Numbered from the stretch's first letter, positions 22,850 to 40,203 are shown. The stretch: DNA of 64,000 nt from Escherichia coli (GCF_003018235.1 NZ_CP027437.1), one strand, 5' to 3'. Notes: a model not told the origin generated them from the sequence alone. Numbers and translations are program-made.

Positions 22850-23887
22850 ATGAACGATGAAATGAAAGGTAAAAGCGGCAAGGTCAAAGTGATGTATGTC
22901 CGCAGTGATGATGATTCTGATAAACGTACCCACAACCCGCGTACCGGGAAAGGGGGCGGGCGTCCAGGAAAATCTCGTGCTGACGGTGGCCGTCGCCCCG
23001 CCCGCGATGACAAACAGAGTCACCCCCGTGACCGCAAGTGGGAAGATTCGCCGTGGCGCACGGTTTCCCGCGCGCCGGGTGATGAGACGCCGGAAAAGGC
23101 CGATCACGGTGGCATCAGTGGTAAAAGTTTTATTGATCCGGAAGTTTTGCGTCGTCAACGTGCGGAAGAAACCCGCGTCTACGGCGAAAACGCCTGTCAG
23201 GCACTGTTCCAGAGCCGTCCGGAAGCGATTGTTCGCGCCTGGTTTATCCAGAGTGTAACGCCGCGTTTTAAAGAAGCCTTGCGCTGGATGGCAGCAAACC
23301 GCAAAGCGTACCATGTGGTAGATGAAGCGGAACTGACAAAAGCGTCAGGCACGGAACATCACGGCGGCGTTTGCTTCCTGATCAAAAAGCGTAATGGTAC
23401 AACCGTGCAGCAGTGGGTAAGCCAGGCAGGCGCGCAGGATTGTGTACTGGCGCTGGAAAACGAATCTAACCCGCATAACCTGGGCGGCATGATGCGTAGC
23501 TGTGCGCACTTCGGCGTGAAAGGTGTTGTGGTGCAGGATGCAGCACTGCTGGAGTCTGGGGCGGCTATCCGTACCGCAGAAGGCGGCGCAGAGCACGTTC
23601 AGCCGATTACTGGCGACAACATTGTTAACGTGCTGGATGATTTCCGTCAGGCGGGTTACACCGTAGTGACAACTTCCAGCGAGCAGGGGAAACCGCTGTT
23701 CAAAACCAGCCTGCCAGCGAAAATGGTACTGGTGCTGGGTCAGGAATATGAAGGGTTACCGGATGCCGCACGCGATCCGAACGATCTGCGCGTGAAGATT
23801 GACGGTACGGGCAACGTTGCCGGGCTGAATATCTCTGTTGCAACCGGCGTTTTGCTTGGTGAATGGTGGCGTCAGAATAAAGCCTGA
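22850..23887 (+). CDS. yfiF: SpoU/TrmH-family RNA methyltransferase YfiF with a basic N-terminal extension
   Basis: 345 aa from the ATG at 22850 (MNDEMKGK...); the ORF track starts 25 codons upstream. Confidence 0.85.
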   Translation: MNDEMKGKSGKVKVMYVRSDDDSDKRTHNPRTGKGGGRPGKSRADGGRRPARDDKQSHPRDRKWEDSPWRTVSRAPGDETPEKADHGGISGKSFIDPEVLRRQRAEETRVYGENACQALFQSRPEAIVRAWFIQSVTPRFKEALRWMAANRKAYHVVDEAELTKASGTEHHGGVCFLIKKRNGTTVQQWVSQAGAQDCVLALENESNPHNLGGMMRSCAHFGVKGVVVQDAALLESGAAIRTAEGGAEHVQPITGDNIVNVLDDFRQAGYTVVTTSSEQGKPLFKTSLPAKMVLVLGQEYEGLPDAARDPNDLRVKIDGTGNVAGLNISVATGVLLGEWWRQNKA

Positions 23888-23934
23888 TAAATCAGCCGGG
23901 TGGCAACTCTGCCATCCGGCATTTTCCCGCAAAT

Positions 23935-24624
23935 TTACTCACTCTCTGCCGGTAATACTGGCATCCAGTCAATCGGCGTCTCGCCATGTTGTTCCAGCCA
24001 CTGATTTGCCAGCACAAAATGGTTACAGCCAAAGAATCCACGATGCGCAGAAAGCGGTGACGGATGCGGTGCTTTCAGTACGTGATGGCGTTGCTTATCT
24101 ATAATCGCCCCTTTCTTTTGCGCATGCGATCCCCACAACAAAAACACCACGCCTTCGCGATGCTGGTTAATCAGGCTGATGACTTTATCAGTAAACGTCT
24201 CCCAACCGAGGCTGGCATGGGAATGCGCCTGACCTGCGCGAACCGTCAACACAGTATTGAGTAGCAGAACGCCCTGACGCGCCCAGCTTTCAAGATAACC
24301 ATGATTAGGGCGGGTGAAACCGGGAATAGTATTTTCCAGCTCTTTATACATATTCAGCAGTGACGGCGGTGTCGCAATGCCGGGGCGAACGGAAAATGCC
24401 AGACCATGCGCCTGTCCCGGTCCGTGATAAGGATCCTGGCCGAGAATCACCACTTTAACGTCACCCAACTCGGTAAAGCGGAACGCGTTAAAGACATCTT
24501 TTTGTGGTGGATAGATAGTGACGCCGGACTGCCGCTCGCTGGCGACGGTCTGTAGGGTATTAAGAAAATAGGGTTGTTGCTTCTCTTCAGCCAGCACGTC
24601 ATGCCAGGTTAATTCGTTTGCCAT
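23935..24624 (-). CDS. ung: Uracil-DNA glycosylase
   Basis: 229 aa; motifs GQDPYH and HPSPLS. Confidence 0.97.
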   Translation of the reverse strand: MANELTWHDVLAEEKQQPYFLNTLQTVASERQSGVTIYPPQKDVFNAFRFTELGDVKVVILGQDPYHGPGQAHGLAFSVRPGIATPPSLLNMYKELENTIPGFTRPNHGYLESWARQGVLLLNTVLTVRAGQAHSHASLGWETFTDKVISLINQHREGVVFLLWGSHAQKKGAIIDKQRHHVLKAPHPSPLSAHRGFFGCNHFVLANQWLEQHGETPIDWMPVLPAESE

Positions 24625-24806
24625 CTCGCTCTCCCGCGAATCTTCAATCCGCCTAGCTTAACTGCTTCTTTCTACAGAACAAAATCATGCTCATTTTTTA
24701 GACTTAAACGAGTGCAAAAAATGTAAATTGGTAAAATTTCACACCTGCATAAGTTGATGTAAAACAATAAAATCCATTTGCGACCATGCTTGATGTGTGG
24801 TTTTTA

Positions 24807-24820
24807 TTGATTTAAATCAA
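24807..24820 (+). promoter_or_regulatory. FNR/CRP-family binding site TTGAT-N4-ATCAA upstream of grcA
   Basis: Perfect palindrome TTGATTTAAATCAA about 110 nt upstream of the grcA start. Confidence 0.65.
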
Positions 24821-24927
24821 AGATTCAAGGGTGTTTGAGGAGTATATATACACTCAAGCAACAATGGTTTTACCAATTGGCCGCGACAGGCTGAACAAAT
24901 CAAATAATTTTGCCGGGGAGGCATCAC

Positions 24928-25311
24928 ATGATTACAGGTATCCAGATTACTAAAGCCGCTAACGACGATCTGCTGAACTCTTTCTGGCTGCTGGACAGCG
25001 AAAAAGGCGAAGCGCGTTGCATCGTTGCGAAAGCAGGTTTTGCAGAAGACGAAGTGGTTGCAGTAAGCAAACTGGGTGACATTGAGTACCGTGAAGTTCC
25101 AGTAGAAGTGAAACCAGAAGTTCGCGTTGAAGGTGGTCAACACCTGAACGTAAACGTTCTGCGTCGTGAAACTCTGGAAGATGCAGTTAAGCATCCGGAA
25201 AAATATCCGCAGCTGACCATCCGTGTATCCGGTTATGCAGTTCGCTTTAACTCTCTGACTCCGGAACAGCAGCGCGACGTTATCGCTCGTACCTTTACTG
25301 AAAGCCTGTAA
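24928..25311 (+). CDS. grcA: Autonomous glycyl radical cofactor (spare part for pyruvate formate-lyase)
   Basis: 127 aa, glycyl-radical motif RVSGYAV; ORF-track start trimmed by 6 codons. Confidence 0.95.
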
Positions 25312-25331
25312 GGCTTAAGTAGCAAGTTACT

Positions 25332-25363
25332 AAGCGGAAGAGGGCGACCTCTTCCGCTTTTTT
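25332..25363 (+). terminator. Hairpin terminator between grcA and eamB, apparently bidirectional
   Basis: AAGCGGAAGAGG / CCTCTTCCGCTT stem followed by TTTTTT. Confidence 0.75.
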
Positions 25364-25365
25364 CA

Positions 25366-25953
25366 TTAATAGAAAATGCGTACCGCGCAATAGACCAGCA
25401 GCAGCGCGAGCACGATATTTAACTGGCGACCATACTGGCGAAACAATCGCTGAAACAGGTGCCCCGCCAGCGCCCAGCACACATTGCCAAACGTCCCAAT
25501 CATCGCCAGCAAAACGCTGACGCCAATTACCCAGCTTAGCGCCTGCGTTTGCGGCAGGACAAACGTCGACAGTGCTGTAATGCCATACAAAATGATTTTG
25601 ACGTTCACAAACTGCAAAGCAAAGCTGGCCCAAAAACTGATTGGTTTTGTCTGAAGCCCATCTTCCTTTGTTGGACTGGTAGCGATTTTCCACGCCAGCC
25701 AGACAATATATGCCGCCCCCGCCCAACTCAACAGATGCACTGCTACCGGGTCGATAACAGCCAGTGAAAACGAAATGCCCGCGCATAGCAACATGACGAT
25801 TAAAAATCCCAGACTCATCCCTGCCAGCACGCGAGTACTCTGACGAAATCCGTGCGTTGTGGCTGAGCTAAGGGCGAGAATATTGTTCGGTCCTGGCGTC
25901 ATGGCGGTAATCAGGGTGTAAGTCCAAAAAGCACTTAAAAGGGTCGGTGTCAC
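25366..25953 (-). CDS. eamB: Cysteine/O-acetylserine exporter (LysE/RhtB family)
   Basis: 195 aa, polytopic membrane protein. Confidence 0.9.
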   Translation of the reverse strand: MTPTLLSAFWTYTLITAMTPGPNNILALSSATTHGFRQSTRVLAGMSLGFLIVMLLCAGISFSLAVIDPVAVHLLSWAGAAYIVWLAWKIATSPTKEDGLQTKPISFWASFALQFVNVKIILYGITALSTFVLPQTQALSWVIGVSVLLAMIGTFGNVCWALAGHLFQRLFRQYGRQLNIVLALLLVYCAVRIFY

Positions 25954-26055
25954 TTGTTATCTCCTCTGTTTTGGTAGACAGTACCCGACACGGAATATTT
26001 AAAAAAATGAATGTTTTTACATTCTAAATTCGATATTTTCGATAGGTTTGGGGTT

Positions 26056-26937
26056 ATGGATCTGCGCCGTTTTATTACGCTTAAAACCGTGGTGGAAGAG
26101 GGTTCCTTTTTGCGAGCTTCGCAAAAATTGTGCTGCACACAATCGACGGTGACTTTTCATATTCAGCAGCTTGAGCAGGAGTTCTCAGTACAGTTATTTG
26201 AGAAAATTGGTCGACGAATGTGCCTTACCCGCGAAGGAAAAAAGCTGCTGCCGCACATTTATGAACTTACCCGAGTGATGGATACCCTTCGTGAGGCTGC
26301 CAAAAAAGAGTCGGATCCGGACGGGGAACTACGCGTTGTTTCAGGCGAAACGTTGCTTTCTTACCGAATGCCGCAGGTGTTGCAGCGTTTTCGGCAACGC
26401 GCACCAAAAGTGCGTTTATCGTTGCAGTCTCTGAACTGTTACGTGATCCGTGATGCGCTACTGAATGATGAGGCTGATGTCGGCGTCTTTTACCGCGTAG
26501 GGAATGATGATGCTCTAAACCGACGAGAATTGGGTGAGCAATCGCTGGTGCTGGTAGCTTCACCGCAAATTGCAGATGTCGATTTTACTGAGCCGGGAAG
26601 ACATAACGCCTGTAGCTTTATTATCAACGAACCGCAATGTGTATTCCGGCAGATATTTGAGAGCACGCTGCGCCAGCGGCGGATCACGGTGGAAAACACC
26701 ATTGAGCTGTTAAGCATTGAAAGTATCAAACGTTGTGTCGCGGCGAATATCGGGGTCAGCTACCTGCCGCGCTTTGCGGTAGCAAAAGAATTGGCGAGCG
26801 GCGAGTTAATCGAATTGCCTTTTGGCGAACAGTCGCAGACGATTACAGCAATGTGCGCACACCATGCTGGAAAAGCGGTTAGCCCGGCGATGCACACTTT
26901 TATTCAGTGTGTTGAAGAGTGTTTTTTGCCGGGATAA
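26056..26937 (+). CDS. yfiE: LysR-family transcriptional regulator YfiE
   Basis: 293 aa from the internal Met (MDLRRFITLK...), N-terminal HTH. Confidence 0.85.
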   Translation: MDLRRFITLKTVVEEGSFLRASQKLCCTQSTVTFHIQQLEQEFSVQLFEKIGRRMCLTREGKKLLPHIYELTRVMDTLREAAKKESDPDGELRVVSGETLLSYRMPQVLQRFRQRAPKVRLSLQSLNCYVIRDALLNDEADVGVFYRVGNDDALNRRELGEQSLVLVASPQIADVDFTEPGRHNACSFIINEPQCVFRQIFESTLRQRRITVENTIELLSIESIKRCVAANIGVSYLPRFAVAKELASGELIELPFGEQSQTITAMCAHHAGKAVSPAMHTFIQCVEECFLPG

Positions 26938-26940
26938 AAA

Positions 26941-26968
26941 TAATGCCGGGCTTAAACCCGGCATTGAG
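26941..26968. terminator. Bidirectional hairpin between convergent yfiE and srmB
   Basis: ATGCCGGGCTTAAACCCGGCAT palindrome. Confidence 0.6.
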
Positions 26969-26969
26969 A

Positions 26970-28304
26970 TTACTCTTCTGTCGTTTGCGGTGGCACGCCC
27001 GTTCCGCTCGGTTTACGGCGCTTACCAATATTTTTGGTGTCGCGATGGCGTTTTTTCACCCGCGGCTTCTCTTTCTCTTTAGCTTTTTTCTTCTCGGCGC
27101 GTTTTGCCAGTACTTTCTTCGATGGCTTGCCGGTTTGCTTCTCGCTTGGCGCACGCGTTTTCGGGCGTAACTCATCAATTACACGAGCTTTAATTGGCTC
27201 TTCAATATAGCGACCAACTTTGCCCAGCAGCAGATGGTCATGGGCTTCTACCAGCGAAATTGCGGTGCCTTTACGACCGGCGCGCGCGGTACGTCCGATA
27301 CGGTGCAAATAAGTATCACCACTGCGCGGCATATCGAAGTTAAAGACGTGGCTGACATCAGGAATGTCGATACCGCGTGCAGCAACATCGGTGGCAACCA
27401 GTACGTTTACGCGGCCTTCGGTCAAACGCTTGATCGCTTCGTTACGCTTGCCTTGTACCATCTCACCTTCGAGATAGCAGTTGTTGATGCCCGCTTCGCG
27501 CAGCCAGTTTGCCAGCTCATGCACACGCTCACGCTTACGCACAAACACAATTGAGCGGGTCGCTTCCGGCTGTTTTAACAGATGCACCAGCAATGCGGTT
27601 TTATGTTCCAGGTCATCGGCGCGGTAATACCACTGATGAATTTTTTTGCGCTCACGGGTGGACGGATTGGCAGAAACCTCCACCGGATCTTCCAGCAGAC
27701 GCTCGGCAAAGTCTTGAATCGCATCGCCTTCCAGAGTTGCCGAAAAGAGCAGGGTCTGTTTACGCCAGCGCGTTTCGCCAGCAATATGTTCGATATCCTG
27801 AGCGAAGCCCATATCCAGCATACGGTCTGCTTCGTCGAGGATCAGCGTTTCAACCGCGCGGCAATCGAAGTTCTCTTCTTTTATGTATTGCAGCAGACGT
27901 CCGGTCGTGGCGACCACGATGTCCTGATTTTCGCTGAACACTTCCGCGTGGTTCATATAGGCTACGCCGCCGGTGATGGTGGCAATATCCAGATGCGTAT
28001 GTTTCGCCAGTTCGCGGGCATGATCGGCTACCTGCATCGCCAGCTCGCGAGTTGGGGTGAGGATCAAAATACGCGGCGGACCGGATTTCTTACGTGGGAA
28101 ATCGAGCAGGTGCTGCAACGCTGGCAGCAGATACGCCGCCGTTTTACCGGTGCCTGTCGGCGCAGAACCGAGTACATCACGGCCATCGAGCGCAGGCGGA
28201 ATGGCGGCAGCCTGAATGGCGGTCGGGCGAGTGAAACCTTTATCCTGGAGGGCTTCCAGCAGGCTTTCGTCGAGTTCAAGTTCGGAAAAAGTCGTTACAG
28301 TCAT
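26970..28304 (-). CDS. srmB: ATP-dependent DEAD-box RNA helicase SrmB
   Basis: 444 aa; DEAD, SAT and Walker A motifs; basic C-terminal tail. Confidence 0.95.
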   Translation of the reverse strand: MTVTTFSELELDESLLEALQDKGFTRPTAIQAAAIPPALDGRDVLGSAPTGTGKTAAYLLPALQHLLDFPRKKSGPPRILILTPTRELAMQVADHARELAKHTHLDIATITGGVAYMNHAEVFSENQDIVVATTGRLLQYIKEENFDCRAVETLILDEADRMLDMGFAQDIEHIAGETRWRKQTLLFSATLEGDAIQDFAERLLEDPVEVSANPSTRERKKIHQWYYRADDLEHKTALLVHLLKQPEATRSIVFVRKRERVHELANWLREAGINNCYLEGEMVQGKRNEAIKRLTEGRVNVLVATDVAARGIDIPDVSHVFNFDMPRSGDTYLHRIGRTARAGRKGTAISLVEAHDHLLLGKVGRYIEEPIKARVIDELRPKTRAPSEKQTGKPSKKVLAKRAEKKKAKEKEKPRVKKRHRDTKNIGKRRKPSGTGVPPQTTEE

Positions 28305-28435
28305 GTTCTACCTCTGTGTGGGGCGCTGATTATAGACGTTACGGCTGCAATCTTCATCTGTTTGTATGGATATCGCTTCTCGGGTATTGTTCTCACCCGG
28401 TGCTATCGCCGTTTTTCCTGCAAGGTTTTATTTTC

Positions 28436-30789
<2,354 letters not shown>

Positions 30790-31077
30790 TTAATTTACTA
30801 AACACGGTTTGGTCAGCATAGCATCATGTTGTGCGATTAAACACCTGCTATTTTAATATTTGTTACAGTGGCTAAACACGCTGACGCAGGGCGGCGAGAA
30901 AAAGAGAAGTTACTGGCTGGTGGAGGATTAGGTGGTGAAATAAAAAGGCCGTTGGGTTACTCTTCAGGCAGTTAAATGGGCATTTCTACACAGATAATGC
31001 GATGTTCAGATTCTGTAGACTTATAATGATAGATAATGATCCGTCTACAGCATGACAAACAAAAACAGATGCGTTAC

Positions 31078-31105
31078 GGAACTTTACAAAAACGAGACAC
31101 TCTAA
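31078..31105 (+). promoter_or_regulatory. SigmaE-dependent promoter (rpoE P2): -35 GGAACTT, 16-bp spacer, -10 TCTAA
   Basis: Consensus match about 85 nt upstream of the rpoE start. Confidence 0.7.
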
Positions 31106-31187
31106 CCCTTTGCTTGCTCAAATTGCAGCTAATGGAGTGGCGTTTCGATAGCGCGTGGAAATTTGGTTTGGGGAGACTTTACCTCGG

Positions 31188-31763
31188 ATGAGCGAGCAGT
31201 TAACGGACCAGGTCCTGGTTGAACGGGTCCAGAAGGGAGATCAGAAAGCCTTTAACTTACTGGTAGTGCGCTATCAGCATAAAGTGGCGAGTCTGGTTTC
31301 CCGCTATGTGCCGTCGGGTGATGTTCCCGATGTGGTACAAGAAGCTTTTATTAAAGCCTATCGTGCGCTGGATTCGTTCCGGGGAGATAGCGCTTTTTAT
31401 ACATGGCTGTATCGGATTGCTGTAAATACAGCGAAAAATTACCTGGTTGCTCAGGGGCGTCGTCCACCTTCCAGTGATGTGGATGCCATTGAAGCTGAAA
31501 ACTTCGAAAGTGGCGGCGCGTTGAAAGAAATTTCGAACCCTGAGAACTTAATGTTGTCAGAAGAACTGAGACAGATAGTTTTCCGAACTATTGAGTCCCT
31601 CCCGGAAGATTTACGCATGGCAATAACCTTGCGGGAGCTGGATGGCCTGAGCTATGAAGAGATAGCCGCTATCATGGATTGTCCGGTAGGTACGGTGCGT
31701 TCACGTATCTTCCGAGCGAGGGAAGCTATTGATAACAAAGTTCAACCGCTTATCAGGCGTTGA
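31188..31763 (+). CDS. rpoE: RNA polymerase sigma factor sigmaE (ECF, envelope stress)
   Basis: 191 aa from the internal Met (MSEQLTDQ...). Confidence 0.95.
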   Translation: MSEQLTDQVLVERVQKGDQKAFNLLVVRYQHKVASLVSRYVPSGDVPDVVQEAFIKAYRALDSFRGDSAFYTWLYRIAVNTAKNYLVAQGRRPPSSDVDAIEAENFESGGALKEISNPENLMLSEELRQIVFRTIESLPEDLRMAITLRELDGLSYEEIAAIMDCPVGTVRSRIFRAREAIDNKVQPLIRR

Positions 31764-31795
31764 CGATAGCGGGATACTGGATAAGGGTATTAGGC

Positions 31796-32446
31796 ATGCA
31801 GAAAGAACAACTTTCCGCTTTAATGGATGGCGAAACGCTGGATAGTGAGCTGCTTAACGAACTGGCTCATAACCCAGAAATGCAGAAAACCTGGGAAAGC
31901 TATCACTTAATCCGTGACTCAATGCGGGGTGATACTCCCGAGGTGCTCCATTTCGATATCTCTTCACGCGTGATGGCCGCCATTGAAGAAGAGCCAGTAC
32001 GTCAACCGGCGACATTGATCCCGGAAGCCCAGCCTGCGCCGCATCAATGGCAGAAAATGCCATTCTGGCAGAAAGTACGTCCGTGGGCGGCACAGCTTAC
32101 CCAAATGGGCGTAGCCGCATGCGTATCGCTTGCAGTTATCGTTGGCGTCCAGCACTATAATGGACAATCTGAAACGTCCCAGCAGCCCGAAACGCCGGTA
32201 TTTAATACACTGCCGATGATGGGTAAAGCCAGCCCGGTTAGCTTGGGAGTACCTTCTGAAGCGACCGCAAATAATGGTCAACAGCAGCAGGTACAGGAGC
32301 AGCGTCGTCGCATTAATGCAATGTTGCAGGATTACGAACTGCAACGCCGACTCCACTCTGAACAGCTTCAGTTTGAGCAGGCGCAAACTCAGCAAGCCGC
32401 TGTACAGGTGCCAGGAATTCAAACTTTAGGAACGCAATCGCAGTAA
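31796..32446 (+). CDS. rseA: Anti-sigma-E factor RseA
   Basis: 216 aa from MQKEQLSAL...; single transmembrane segment. Confidence 0.95.
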   Translation: MQKEQLSALMDGETLDSELLNELAHNPEMQKTWESYHLIRDSMRGDTPEVLHFDISSRVMAAIEEEPVRQPATLIPEAQPAPHQWQKMPFWQKVRPWAAQLTQMGVAACVSLAVIVGVQHYNGQSETSQQPETPVFNTLPMMGKASPVSLGVPSEATANNGQQQQVQEQRRRINAMLQDYELQRRLHSEQLQFEQAQTQQAAVQVPGIQTLGTQSQ

Positions 32447-33402
32447 TGAAGCAACTTTGGTTTGCCATGTCATTAGTGACAGGTAGCCTGTTATTCTCTG
32501 CTAACGCCTCGGCCACTCCCGCGTCCGGGGCGTTATTACAGCAGATGAACCTGGCCAGTCAGTCACTGAATTACGAGCTGTCATTCATCAGCATCAATAA
32601 ACAGGGTGTTGAGTCTCTGCGTTATCGACATGCACGCCTCGATAACCGTCCTCTTGCACAATTGTTGCAAATGGATGGCCCGCGCCGGGAAGTGGTACAG
32701 CGCGGCAATGAAATCAGCTATTTTGAACCGGGACTTGAACCGTTCACGCTTAATGGCGATTACATTGTTGATTCTCTACCATCGCTCATCTATACCGATT
32801 TCAAACGCCTTTCTCCTTACTACGACTTTATCTCCGTCGGGCGCACGCGTATTGCTGATCGTCTTTGCGAAGTCATTCGTGTGGTTGCCCGAGATGGTAC
32901 ACGCTACAGCTACATCGTGTGGATGGACACCGAATCGAAATTACCGATGCGGGTTGATCTCCTTGATCGCGATGGTGAAACGCTGGAACAATTTCGCGTG
33001 ATTGCTTTTAATGTCAATCAGGATATCAGCAGCAGTATGCAGACGCTGGCGAAGGCAAATTTGCCGCCGTTGCTTTCTGTTCCTGTAGGTGAAAAAGCTA
33101 AATTCAGCTGGACGCCAACCTGGTTGCCACAGGGTTTTAGCGAAGTTTCCAGTAGTCGACGTCCGCTACCGACGATGGACAACATGCCTATCGAATCACG
33201 TCTCTATTCCGACGGATTATTCAGCTTCTCGGTAAACGTTAACCGCGCTACGCCATCGAGCACCGATCAGATGTTGCGCACCGGGCGCAGAACCGTCAGT
33301 ACAAGCGTACGTGATAACGCCGAAATCACCATTGTCGGTGAACTGCCGCCGCAAACGGCGAAACGCATTGCCGAGAATATTAAGTTCGGGGCAACGCAAT
33401 GA
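32446..33402 (+). CDS. rseB: SigmaE regulatory protein RseB (periplasmic)
   Basis: 318 aa; TAATG overlap with rseA. Confidence 0.95.
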   Translation: MKQLWFAMSLVTGSLLFSANASATPASGALLQQMNLASQSLNYELSFISINKQGVESLRYRHARLDNRPLAQLLQMDGPRREVVQRGNEISYFEPGLEPFTLNGDYIVDSLPSLIYTDFKRLSPYYDFISVGRTRIADRLCEVIRVVARDGTRYSYIVWMDTESKLPMRVDLLDRDGETLEQFRVIAFNVNQDISSSMQTLAKANLPPLLSVPVGEKAKFSWTPTWLPQGFSEVSSSRRPLPTMDNMPIESRLYSDGLFSFSVNVNRATPSSTDQMLRTGRRTVSTSVRDNAEITIVGELPPQTAKRIAENIKFGATQ

Positions 33403-33878
33403 TCAAAGAGTGGGCTACCGTCGTCTCCTGGGAAAACGGGCAGGCGCTGGTTAGTTGTGATGTTAAAGCCTCATGCAGCAGCTGCGCTTCACGTGCCGGT
33501 TGCGGTAGCCGCGTGTTGAATAAACTTGGCCCGCAAACCACGCATACCATTGTCGTACCCTGTGATGAGCCGTTAGTGCCGGGGCAAAAAGTAGAATTAG
33601 GAATCGCCGAAGGCAGCCTGCTTAGCTCCGCATTACTGGTTTATATGTCGCCGCTGGTGGGATTATTCCTCATCGCTTCACTATTTCAGCTACTCTTTGC
33701 TTCAGATATTGCAGCATTATGCGGTGCGATTCTCGGTGGCGTTGGTGGATTCCTGATTGCACGTGGCTGCTCTCGAAAGTTTGCTGCCCGGGCAGAATGG
33801 CAACCGATCATCTTAAGCGTGGCATTGCCGCCTGGCCTTGTGCGATTTGAAACATCTTCGGAAGACGCGAGCCAGTGA
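33399..33878 (+). CDS. rseC: RseC (SoxR-reducing system / sigmaE regulatory protein)
   Basis: 159 aa; ATGA overlap with rseB. Confidence 0.9.
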   Translation: MIKEWATVVSWENGQALVSCDVKASCSSCASRAGCGSRVLNKLGPQTTHTIVVPCDEPLVPGQKVELGIAEGSLLSSALLVYMSPLVGLFLIASLFQLLFASDIAALCGAILGGVGGFLIARGCSRKFAARAEWQPIILSVALPPGLVRFETSSEDASQ

Positions 33879-34075
33879 TTTCACTGGCTTTGTTGCATTT
33901 TGCATAACAAATGCGAGGACGTTTCCAGATACCACAATCCATACGGTATGAACATTTCCTCGCCTCAATGTTGTAGTGTAGAATGCGGCGTTTCTATTAA
34001 TACAGACGTTAAGCTCAGAACAGCGACTTCTAAAAGCCTGGTTAACCGGGCATTAAGGCACAATAATCATACTTT

Positions 34076-35875
<1,800 letters not shown>

Positions 35876-35890
35876 CCCTTAGGAGTTGGC

Positions 35891-36865
35891 ATGGCGAATA
35901 TGTTTGCCCTGATTCTGGTGATTGCCACACTAGTGACGGGCATTTTATGGTGCGTGGATAAATTCTTTTTCGCACCTAAACGGCGGGAACGTCAGGCAGC
36001 GGCGCAGGCGGCTGCCGGTGACTCACTGGATAAAGCAACACTGAAAAAGGTTGCGCCGAAGCCTGGCTGGCTGGAAACTGGTGCTTCTGTTTTTCCGGTG
36101 CTGGCTATCGTATTGATTGTGCGTTCGTTTATTTATGAACCGTTCCAGATCCCGTCAGGTTCGATGATGCCGACTCTGTTAATCGGTGATTTTATTCTGG
36201 TAGAGAAGTTTGCTTATGGCATTAAAGATCCTATCTACCAGAAAACGCTGATCGAAACCGGTCATCCGAAACGCGGCGATATCGTGGTCTTTAAATATCC
36301 GGAAGATCCAAAGCTTGATTACATCAAGCGCGCGGTGGGTTTACCGGGCGATAAAGTCACTTACGATCCGGTCTCAAAAGAGCTGACGATTCAACCGGGA
36401 TGCAGTTCCGGCCAGGCGTGTGAAAACGCGCTGCCGGTCACCTACTCAAACGTGGAACCGAGCGATTTCGTTCAGACCTTCTCACGCCGTAATGGTGGGG
36501 AAGCGACCAGCGGATTCTTTGAAGTGCCGAAAAACGAAACCAAAGAAAATGGAATTCGTCTTTCCGAGCGTAAAGAGACACTGGGTGATGTGACGCACCG
36601 CATTCTGACAGTGCCGATTGCGCAGGACCAGGTGGGGATGTATTACCAGCAGCCAGGGCAACAACTGGCAACCTGGATTGTTCCGCCGGGACAATACTTC
36701 ATGATGGGTGACAACCGCGACAACAGCGCGGACAGCCGTTACTGGGGCTTTGTGCCGGAAGCGAATCTGGTCGGTCGGGCAACGGCTATCTGGATGAGTT
36801 TCGATAAGCAAGAAGGCGAATGGCCGACAGGTGTGCGCTTAAGTCGCATTGGCGGCATCCATTAA
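35891..36865 (+). CDS. lepB: Signal peptidase I
   Basis: 324 aa; catalytic SGSMMPTL motif. Confidence 0.97.
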   Translation: MANMFALILVIATLVTGILWCVDKFFFAPKRRERQAAAQAAAGDSLDKATLKKVAPKPGWLETGASVFPVLAIVLIVRSFIYEPFQIPSGSMMPTLLIGDFILVEKFAYGIKDPIYQKTLIETGHPKRGDIVVFKYPEDPKLDYIKRAVGLPGDKVTYDPVSKELTIQPGCSSGQACENALPVTYSNVEPSDFVQTFSRRNGGEATSGFFEVPKNETKENGIRLSERKETLGDVTHRILTVPIAQDQVGMYYQQPGQQLATWIVPPGQYFMMGDNRDNSADSRYWGFVPEANLVGRATAIWMSFDKQEGEWPTGVRLSRIGGIH

Positions 36866-36878
36866 TAGCCCATCTTCG

Positions 36879-36915
36879 TTCACGTTGTCGCCGTTATGGC
36901 GACAACGTGAATTAT
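36879..36915 (+). terminator. Perfect 14-bp-stem hairpin after lepB
   Basis: TTCACGTTGTCGCC-GTTAT-GGCGACAACGTGAA followed by a T-rich stretch. Confidence 0.7.
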
Positions 36916-37107
36916 TTATGAGATAAATCTCCCGTGGCTAACGACATCCCCCGTCGTTGTGTATAGAATATTCCCCCGAAGTTTAAGGTTGGCACCTCCA
37001 GGTTGCCACGGCACACGAAACAGCGTTGGTCCCCATATACCGGTAAACTGAAACTGCAGCGAAGCAGTTAGCAGAACCATGTATATCAGGTCTGTTTCGT
37101 GTGCTGA

Positions 37108-38720
<1,613 letters not shown>

Positions 38721-38731
38721 GAGTAACTCCG

Positions 38732-39460
38732 ATGGAAGGCTGGCAGCGCGCATTTGTCCTGCATAGTCGCCCGTGGAGCGAAACCAGCCTGATGCTGGAC
38801 GTCTTCACGGAGGAATCGGGTCGCGTGCGTCTGGTTGCCAAAGGCGCACGCTCTAAACGCTCTACTCTGAAAGGTGCATTACAGCCTTTCACCCCTCTCT
38901 TGCTACGTTTCGGCGGGCGTGGTGAAGTCAAAACGCTGCGCAGTGCTGAAGCTGTCTCGCTGGCGCTGCCATTAAGCGGTATCACGCTTTACAGCGGTCT
39001 GTACATCAACGAACTTCTCTCCCGCGTACTGGAATACGAGACGCGCTTCTCTGAACTCTTTTTCGATTACTTGCACTGCATTCAGTCTCTTGCAGGTGCC
39101 ACTGGTACGCCAGAACCCGCGCTGCGCCGCTTTGAACTGGCACTGCTCGGGCATCTGGGCTATGGCGTCAATTTTACTCATTGTGCGGGTAGCGGCGAGC
39201 CGGTAGATGACACCATGACGTATCGTTATCGCGAAGAAAAAGGGTTTATCGCAAGCGTCGTTATCGACAATAAAACGTTCACCGGAAGGCAGTTAAAAGC
39301 GTTAAACGCGCGGGAATTTCCTGACGCAGACACACTGCGCGCCGCGAAACGCTTTACCCGCATGGCGCTTAAGCCGTATCTTGGCGGTAAACCATTAAAG
39401 AGCAGGGAACTGTTCCGGCAGTTTATGCCTAAGCGAACGGTGAAAACACATTATGAATGA
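38732..39460 (+). CDS. recO: DNA repair protein RecO
   Basis: 242 aa. Confidence 0.95.
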
Positions 39461-39471
39461 TGAGGATTGTC

Positions 39472-40203
39472 ATGGCTGAATTACTGTTAGGCGTCAACAT
39501 TGACCATATTGCAACGCTGCGTAACGCACGCGGTACTGCTTACCCGGATCCGGTGCAGGCGGCGTTTATTGCTGAGCAGGCGGGAGCGGACGGCATTACC
39601 GTGCATTTACGTGAAGATCGCCGCCACATTACTGACCGTGATGTGCGCATCCTGCGTCAGACGCTGGATACCCGCATGAATCTGGAGATGGCGGTGACCG
39701 AAGAGATGCTGGCGATCGCCGTTGAGACGAAGCCACATTTTTGCTGCCTGGTACCGGAAAAGCGTCAGGAAGTAACAACCGAAGGCGGCCTGGACGTCGC
39801 TGGACAGCGTGACAAAATGCGCGATGCCTGTAAACGTCTGGCGGAGGCCGGGATCCAGGTTTCTCTCTTTATCGACGCCGATGAAGAGCAGATCAAAGCT
39901 GCGGCAGAGGTTGGCGCACCGTTTATCGAGATCCACACCGGTTGCTATGCTGATGCCAAAACTGACGCCGAACAGGCGCAAGAGCTGGCGCGTATCGCCA
40001 AAGCCGCGACCTTTGCCGCTAGTCTCGGTCTGAAAGTTAACGCTGGTCACGGTCTGACCTATCACAACGTGAAAGCCATTGCCGCCATCCCTGAGATGCA
40101 TGAACTGAATATCGGTCATGCCATTATTGGTCGTGCAGTGATGACCGGACTGAAAGATGCGGTGGCAGAAATGAAGCGTTTGATGCTGGAAGCGCGTGGC
40201 TAA
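39472..40203 (+). CDS. pdxJ: Pyridoxine 5'-phosphate synthase
   Basis: 243 aa from [21 protein letters not shown]. Confidence 0.95.
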
